In this document: piece by piece, positions 39,499-43,773 of the stretch
How the letters are laid out: every line of letters starts with the position of its first letter
Numbering within the stretch: position 1 is the first letter of the stretch
Source of the DNA: Leptolyngbyaceae cyanobacterium
GTDB lineage: Bacteria; Cyanobacteriota; Cyanobacteriia; Phormidesmidales; Phormidesmidaceae
DNA length: 43,773 nucleotides
Direction: 5' to 3'
Assembly (NCBI GenBank): GCA_050331235.1
Contig: JBHJHA010000081.1
Coordinates: forward strand, 1 to 43,773
Position numbers and translations under genes: made by a program
The notes under the pieces: generated by a model
Database searches by the model: none
What the model was told of the DNA's origin: nothing
What the model saw: the letters and a program-made list of their open reading frames with translations, nothing else

Positions 39499-41637
39499 TT
39501 ATGGATCAATGGATGGCCTTTGCTGCGATCGCCGGATAAAGGTTTGCTGAGCGGAATAGGCTGGCTGCTCGACCTTCGGTTGGCGTTTAATATATTGCCC
39601 GTCTGGTTGGAGTTGCCAACTACTCTGATTGTCGGCGAGCAGCGTTGCCAATAAAGTCTGGATGTCCGTAACCAGCTCAGGATCTAGGATTGGTACCATG
39701 ACTTCAATCCGTTCGCTGAGACCTCGGGTAGTCCAGTCGGCGGTGCCAATCCAAGCTTGGGGATGGTCGTCATTGCGGCAATAAATAATGCGGCTATGCT
39801 CAATATGTTGACCCAAAATACTGACGACTCGGATGCGATCGCTCATGCCGGGTACCCTCGGTCGAAGTCGACAGGTGCTGCGCACGATGAGGTCAACTTC
39901 GACGCCAGCACTGGCCGCTGCGTAAAGGGATTCGATAATATCGGGATCAGCGAGCAGATTGAGCTTGGCGATCAAACGAGCCGGTTTACCCTGCTGGGCA
40001 TGTTCGGCTTCTCGCTGAATTAAGGTCTGCAGCTTAAGTTTGAGTTGCTCAGGGGCCACCATCAACGTTTCATAAGTCACCTGGCGGGAGCACCCAGTCA
40101 GATAATTAAAAAGATGGCTAAGATCGCTGCCAACGTCTGGCCGACTAGTGAGGAGTCCGAGATCTTCGTAGGGCTGAGGCCGATCAGGCAAATAGTCACC
40201 GGTGCCCAGATAGGCATAGCGCTGCAGCTGCCGGTGCTCTTGTCTTACAACGAGAACAAGATTGGTGTGGGTGCGAAAGCCTACCATGCCATAGATCACA
40301 TGGGCACCGGCTTTTTCTAGCTGCTTTGCCCAGTGAATATTGATGGCCTCATCAAGGGGGGCCGTCAGTTCGACGAGGACAACGACTTGCTTACCGGCTT
40401 TCACCGCGGCCATGAGCGATCGCACAATGGGGGCATCGACGGCAGTGCGATAAAGCGTCATTTTGATCGCCAGCACTTGCTCGTCTAGGGCCGCTTGGGC
40501 TACAAATTGCTCCACGGTGGCGGTAAACGAGTGGTAGGGAAAGTGCAGCAGGACGTCTTGCTGGGCGATCGCGGCGAAAAGGTCTGCGGTCGGTTTGGGT
40601 GGCGGGGCTACAGATGACAGCATGGCGGCGACCGGCTTTCTAGCAACCAGGGGTGCGGGTAACGTCGGTTGCCAAGATGGAGTGGCGTTAGCGCTCAATT
40701 GCTGCCAAAGGGCGGTGAGGCTACTAAGCCCCAGCCAGCCTTGGAGACCGTAGAGATCGGCGGGTTGCAGAGCCAATTGCTGGATTAAGTGCGATCGCAG
40801 CCAGGCGGGCATCGCCTGTACGACTTCTAGCCTGACAGCCTGCCTAAACTGCTGTCGCTGTTGCAGGCTGTCTTGGATCATTTCCATCAGGTTGGCGGTT
40901 TCCGAATCCAAAACGCCCAAGTCAGTGCTCCGAGTCACCCGAAACGGATAACAGCCTTGCACCTCGTAATCAGGAAACAGCGTTGGCAAATGATGGGTGA
41001 TGACCTGCTCAAGGGGAACAACGAGGGTTGCTGCTCCAGCAGAAGATGTGGCTAAGACTAAAAATCGAGGCAAAATTCGGGGGAGCTTGACCCATCCGAG
41101 CTTGGCCTCTTCGCCGCGTACCAACCAGGTGGCTAAGTTGAGACTCAGGTTCGAAAAGTCAGGCGCACTCTGATCTGGCGGGGTCGTCAGGGCAGTCAAG
41201 ACGGGTAGCACTTCATCTTCAAAGCGCTCGGAACACTGCTGTTGCTGCGCCTCATTCAGGGCTGGATAGCTGGCGAGATGTATACCCTGCTGTGCCAGCC
41301 CAGGTTGCAAACTAAAGACAAAGTGAGATTGTTGGCGAGCCACTAAGGCTCTGAGGTGAGCCCGCAATTGTTTCAAAGCGTTTGCATCCAAAGCGATCGC
41401 CTCTTTGCCGGAGACGATTCCCTTGAGCAACGGCATTCTCACCATAAAGTATTCGTCTAGAGCCGCCGCTGCTTGGGCCAGCTTTAGTAGACGGCCCAGC
41501 ATTGGCTGTGTTGGGTCGGCCGCTTCGTAAATCAACCGCCGGTTGAAAGCAATCCAGCTGAGCTCTCGATCAAACAGGCGATTACCATGACCGACACATC
41601 GAGTCGAATAAGAAGACATCATGACAGAGGCGCTCAA
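39499..41637 (-). CDS. ppk1: Polyphosphate kinase 1-like protein, divergent
   Basis: RELSW..FN.R, LDE.FMVR, FRVTR, AVRLE, IKMTLYR, GKQV.VLVEL, EHSR, ADW..R.L..RIEV..P; many motif substitutions (see findings). Confidence 0.85.
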   Translation of the reverse strand: MSASVMMSSYSTRCVGHGNRLFDRELSWIAFNRRLIYEAADPTQPMLGRLLKLAQAAAALDEYFMVRMPLLKGIVSGKEAIALDANALKQLRAHLRALVARQQSHFVFSLQPGLAQQGIHLASYPALNEAQQQQCSERFEDEVLPVLTALTTPPDQSAPDFSNLSLNLATWLVRGEEAKLGWVKLPRILPRFLVLATSSAGAATLVVPLEQVITHHLPTLFPDYEVQGCYPFRVTRSTDLGVLDSETANLMEMIQDSLQQRQQFRQAVRLEVVQAMPAWLRSHLIQQLALQPADLYGLQGWLGLSSLTALWQQLSANATPSWQPTLPAPLVARKPVAAMLSSVAPPPKPTADLFAAIAQQDVLLHFPYHSFTATVEQFVAQAALDEQVLAIKMTLYRTAVDAPIVRSLMAAVKAGKQVVVLVELTAPLDEAINIHWAKQLEKAGAHVIYGMVGFRTHTNLVLVVRQEHRQLQRYAYLGTGDYLPDRPQPYEDLGLLTSRPDVGSDLSHLFNYLTGCSRQVTYETLMVAPEQLKLKLQTLIQREAEHAQQGKPARLIAKLNLLADPDIIESLYAAASAGVEVDLIVRSTCRLRPRVPGMSDRIRVVSILGQHIEHSRIIYCRNDDHPQAWIGTADWTTRGLSERIEVMVPILDPELVTDIQTLLATLLADNQSSWQLQPDGQYIKRQPKVEQPAYSAQQTFIRRSQQRPSIDP

Positions 41638-41640
41638 AGT

Positions 41641-41850
41641 TTACTGAAAAACTTCGTCCTCACGACCCTCCCACCATTCGCCTAAGTTCATCAGCGACTG
41701 ATGGAGTGCCGATAGCTCTTGAAGGTAAGCTTCTGCCTCCATGGTGGTTTTCTGTTCTTGGAGCTTGAGTAGTCGCCACTGGATCAACACCCAGGGTTTC
41801 GATAGGCTATCGGTTTGTTCGATATAGCGGGCAATTTCATCACTTTGCAT
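41641..41850 (-). CDS. Small conserved cyanobacterial hypothetical protein
   Basis: YIE.T..LSKPW.L...RL.KL.E and LM.LGEWW.G.E.EVF; ATG 41850. Confidence 0.72.
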   Translation of the reverse strand: MQSDEIARYIEQTDSLSKPWVLIQWRLLKLQEQKTTMEAEAYLQELSALHQSLMNLGEWWEGREDEVFQ

Positions 41851-41916
41851 AGATAGAGCGGCTCGGAGAGCGGGCGCAAATGGGGTGTTGCTACTATAGC
41901 GACCGATTAGAAACAC

Positions 41917-41948
41917 TGCACCCCCACTGCGATCGCAATGGGGGTGCA
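41917..41948 (-). repeat. 32-bp near-perfect inverted repeat centred on HIP1 (terminator or stabiliser hairpin)
   Basis: TGCACCCCCAC-TGCGATCGCA-ATGGGGGTGCA; the single mismatch becomes G-U on the minus-strand RNA. Confidence 0.65.
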
Positions 41949-41971
41949 AAGGGGCCAGTGAAAGGGCTGAT

Positions 41972-43633
41972 CTAGCGCTGCTTGAACGAGTTCAACCACT
42001 CCCGAATTTGCTCGGAGGCGATATCACGCCCACCTAGGCCAAAGGCGATCGCGATCGCGACAGCTACCGCACCGAGTAATAGCCCAAAGGCTAAATTTAC
42101 GATGTCGGTTGCAACGCCCATCTGCTGGAGGCCCATGGCGGTGACCAACGCAATCAGGGCAATGCGGGCTGCCTGCGCCAGGATATTGGCTTGACCGCCA
42201 CCCATGTTGCGAATCAAGCGGAACGCCAGGTTCGCAAAGTACAGACCCACCGCAAACACAACGACACCGCTCAGTACCCGTGCCGAAATTCGCAAAATTG
42301 CCCGAACGATGGTGGATAGGGTAGCAAACCCCAGGATTTCAGTGGCCGTGATGGCTCCGAAGAGCACAATTGCCACCAGAGCAACGAGACCCACGACCTC
42401 TGAGGGAGATGTTCTGGCCGTTTCCACGCGAGTCGCGGGTCGACCTTCGGCATCAATACCCTCAATCCCAGCCTGGGGCGTATTGAGTTCCGGCAGCCCG
42501 AGAATACTGAGAATGTTGTCGAAGCCTGCACTGCGCAATAGCCCCGTGACCAAATCAGAAACAAACTGACCCACCACATAGGCGATCGCCAAGACCACGC
42601 CAGCCATAATGACCCGAGGAATTGAGTCGAGAATCAACTCCAACATAGAAATCGCCGGAGCCGAAATCGCCTCAATATCCAGTTCGTTCAAGGCTGCGAC
42701 AACTGCTGGAATCAAAATCAGCACAAAGACAATCGTGCCCGCCAGCTTAGACAATGAAATCCCATCAGCAGTGTCCGTGCTGCCAGTCATGGCCGAAGGG
42801 GGCGGCGGGGGGGTGCCTGGCGCTGCTTGCCGTGGTGTTGTCGTCGAAGCCGACAACCCAAACCGAGCCCCTAGCTGATCCGCTTGGGTCGCTTGGAGCA
42901 GATTGGTGACGATGTCGCGAACGATGCGAGCAATGAACCAACCCACAACCAGGATGATGCCCGCCGTGAGAATTCTAGGGATGGCCTGCAAAAAGTCGTT
43001 GATGAGTGACTCAATGGGAGCCAATAAGCCGGTTAAGTCCAGCGCGCTGAGAATCAGAGGGACAAACAGCAGGAAAATAAACCAGTAGAGGATGTTGCCA
43101 ATGGTCTCGTTGAGCACCACAGGACTACCGCTTTCGCCCATCTGCTGGGAGAGGCGATCATCCAAGTTAAATCTGGATAGCCCCTGCGTGACTAAGACTT
43201 TGACGATGGTTGCAGTAGCCCAAGCCACAGCCAGTAGCAGGACCGCTCCCCCAATGCGAGGTAGGTATTGGAAAATCTCTTGCAGGAAGTCGTTCAAAGG
43301 TTCAGATACGACTTCTAGGTTGAGCGCGTTGAGAAACGCGACCAACGTGAAGATCATGATGATCCAGTAGATTGCGGTCGCCACCCACTCTTCGATGGGG
43401 ACGTCGCGATTAGGATCCTGACCCATGATCATGTTTGTGAACCGGTCATCCAACGTCGTGCGCTTTAGGATGCCTTTGACGACCGAAGCCACAATCGTGG
43501 CCACAATCCATCCAGCGATCAAGATTACGATCGCCCAAATCAAGCTGGGCAAAAAAGCACCCAGGGTGGAGCTCATCTCATCGATAAAGCTTTCTAAAGG
43601 AGCTGTATTGACCTGAGCAAGGGACATGGGCAT
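41972..43633 (-). CDS. TM-helix-repeat (MscS-N/CmpX-like) membrane protein
   Basis: Repeated LP.I..A..IL..GW..A..V..L......D units, terminal AIAIAFGLGGR; no cytoplasmic MscS beta-domain. Confidence 0.85.
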   Translation of the reverse strand: MPMSLAQVNTAPLESFIDEMSSTLGAFLPSLIWAIVILIAGWIVATIVASVVKGILKRTTLDDRFTNMIMGQDPNRDVPIEEWVATAIYWIIMIFTLVAFLNALNLEVVSEPLNDFLQEIFQYLPRIGGAVLLLAVAWATATIVKVLVTQGLSRFNLDDRLSQQMGESGSPVVLNETIGNILYWFIFLLFVPLILSALDLTGLLAPIESLINDFLQAIPRILTAGIILVVGWFIARIVRDIVTNLLQATQADQLGARFGLSASTTTPRQAAPGTPPPPPSAMTGSTDTADGISLSKLAGTIVFVLILIPAVVAALNELDIEAISAPAISMLELILDSIPRVIMAGVVLAIAYVVGQFVSDLVTGLLRSAGFDNILSILGLPELNTPQAGIEGIDAEGRPATRVETARTSPSEVVGLVALVAIVLFGAITATEILGFATLSTIVRAILRISARVLSGVVVFAVGLYFANLAFRLIRNMGGGQANILAQAARIALIALVTAMGLQQMGVATDIVNLAFGLLLGAVAVAIAIAFGLGGRDIASEQIREWLNSFKQR

Positions 43634-43773
43634 CTCCACAGGGGGAGACAACCAAGGGGGAACAGGTAAAAAGATGAGACAGACTGTCATGGTTTCTGAG
43701 ATTAAGAATTTGGGGCTAGTTCGAGTCGTTTTGGGCCAAAAATCATCATCTGATTGCCCCAGCGGACGTCGAG

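Larger units (their letters stand above)
2218..42589. repeat. Dispersed HIP1 octamer GCGATCGC
   Basis: Roughly 50 copies counted by eye (e.g. 2218, 4231, 5909, 24717, 41929, overlapping pair 42045-42058). Confidence 0.95.

Noticed and set aside
42045..42058. Overlapping tandem HIP1 sites
   Set aside because: Explained by the encoded AIAIA peptide plus genome-wide HIP1 bias.
1..43773. CRISPR arrays, IS elements, prophage, defence systems, tRNA genes
   Set aside because: No regularly spaced repeats, transposase/integrase/phage motifs or tRNA cloverleaf signatures were seen by eye.

Overview
This is core chromosome of a cyanobacterium: HIP1 (GCGATCGC) sites are abundant and phycobilisome genes are present. 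A filamentous Leptolyngbya/Nodosilinea-like host is an inference only. The window opens with the 3' end of a 5S rRNA and a perfect 58-bp palindrome. It then carries about 33 genes: asparaginase, Ycf36/CGLD27, trmO, an OmpR-family two-component pair, a Ser/Thr kinase, MscS, cpcS-cpcG, a GT39 glycosyltransferase, rimP-nusA-ylxR-infB with its leader hairpin, the hybrid kinase/adenylate cyclase cyaC, a TonB-like protein, hpxO-uraD urate catabolism, glcE, GST, cobA, a CIA30 protein, a divergent ppk1 and a TM-helix-repeat protein. I saw no CRISPR array, transposase, integrase, prophage or tRNA, and I cannot claim a clearly new system. The best leads are four consecutive 'eroded' genes at 36.7-41.6 kb (HemD-less cobA, a DM13 lipoprotein with two in-frame stops, CIA30 with a decayed Rossmann fold, and a full-length PPK1 with many altered motifs), a pore-less voltage-sensor-like membrane protein, an HLR1/RpaB-like box, an unexplained structured 536-bp gap, and a GC/HIP1 gradient away from the rRNA end. 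All product calls come from motif recognition by eye, not from database searches.
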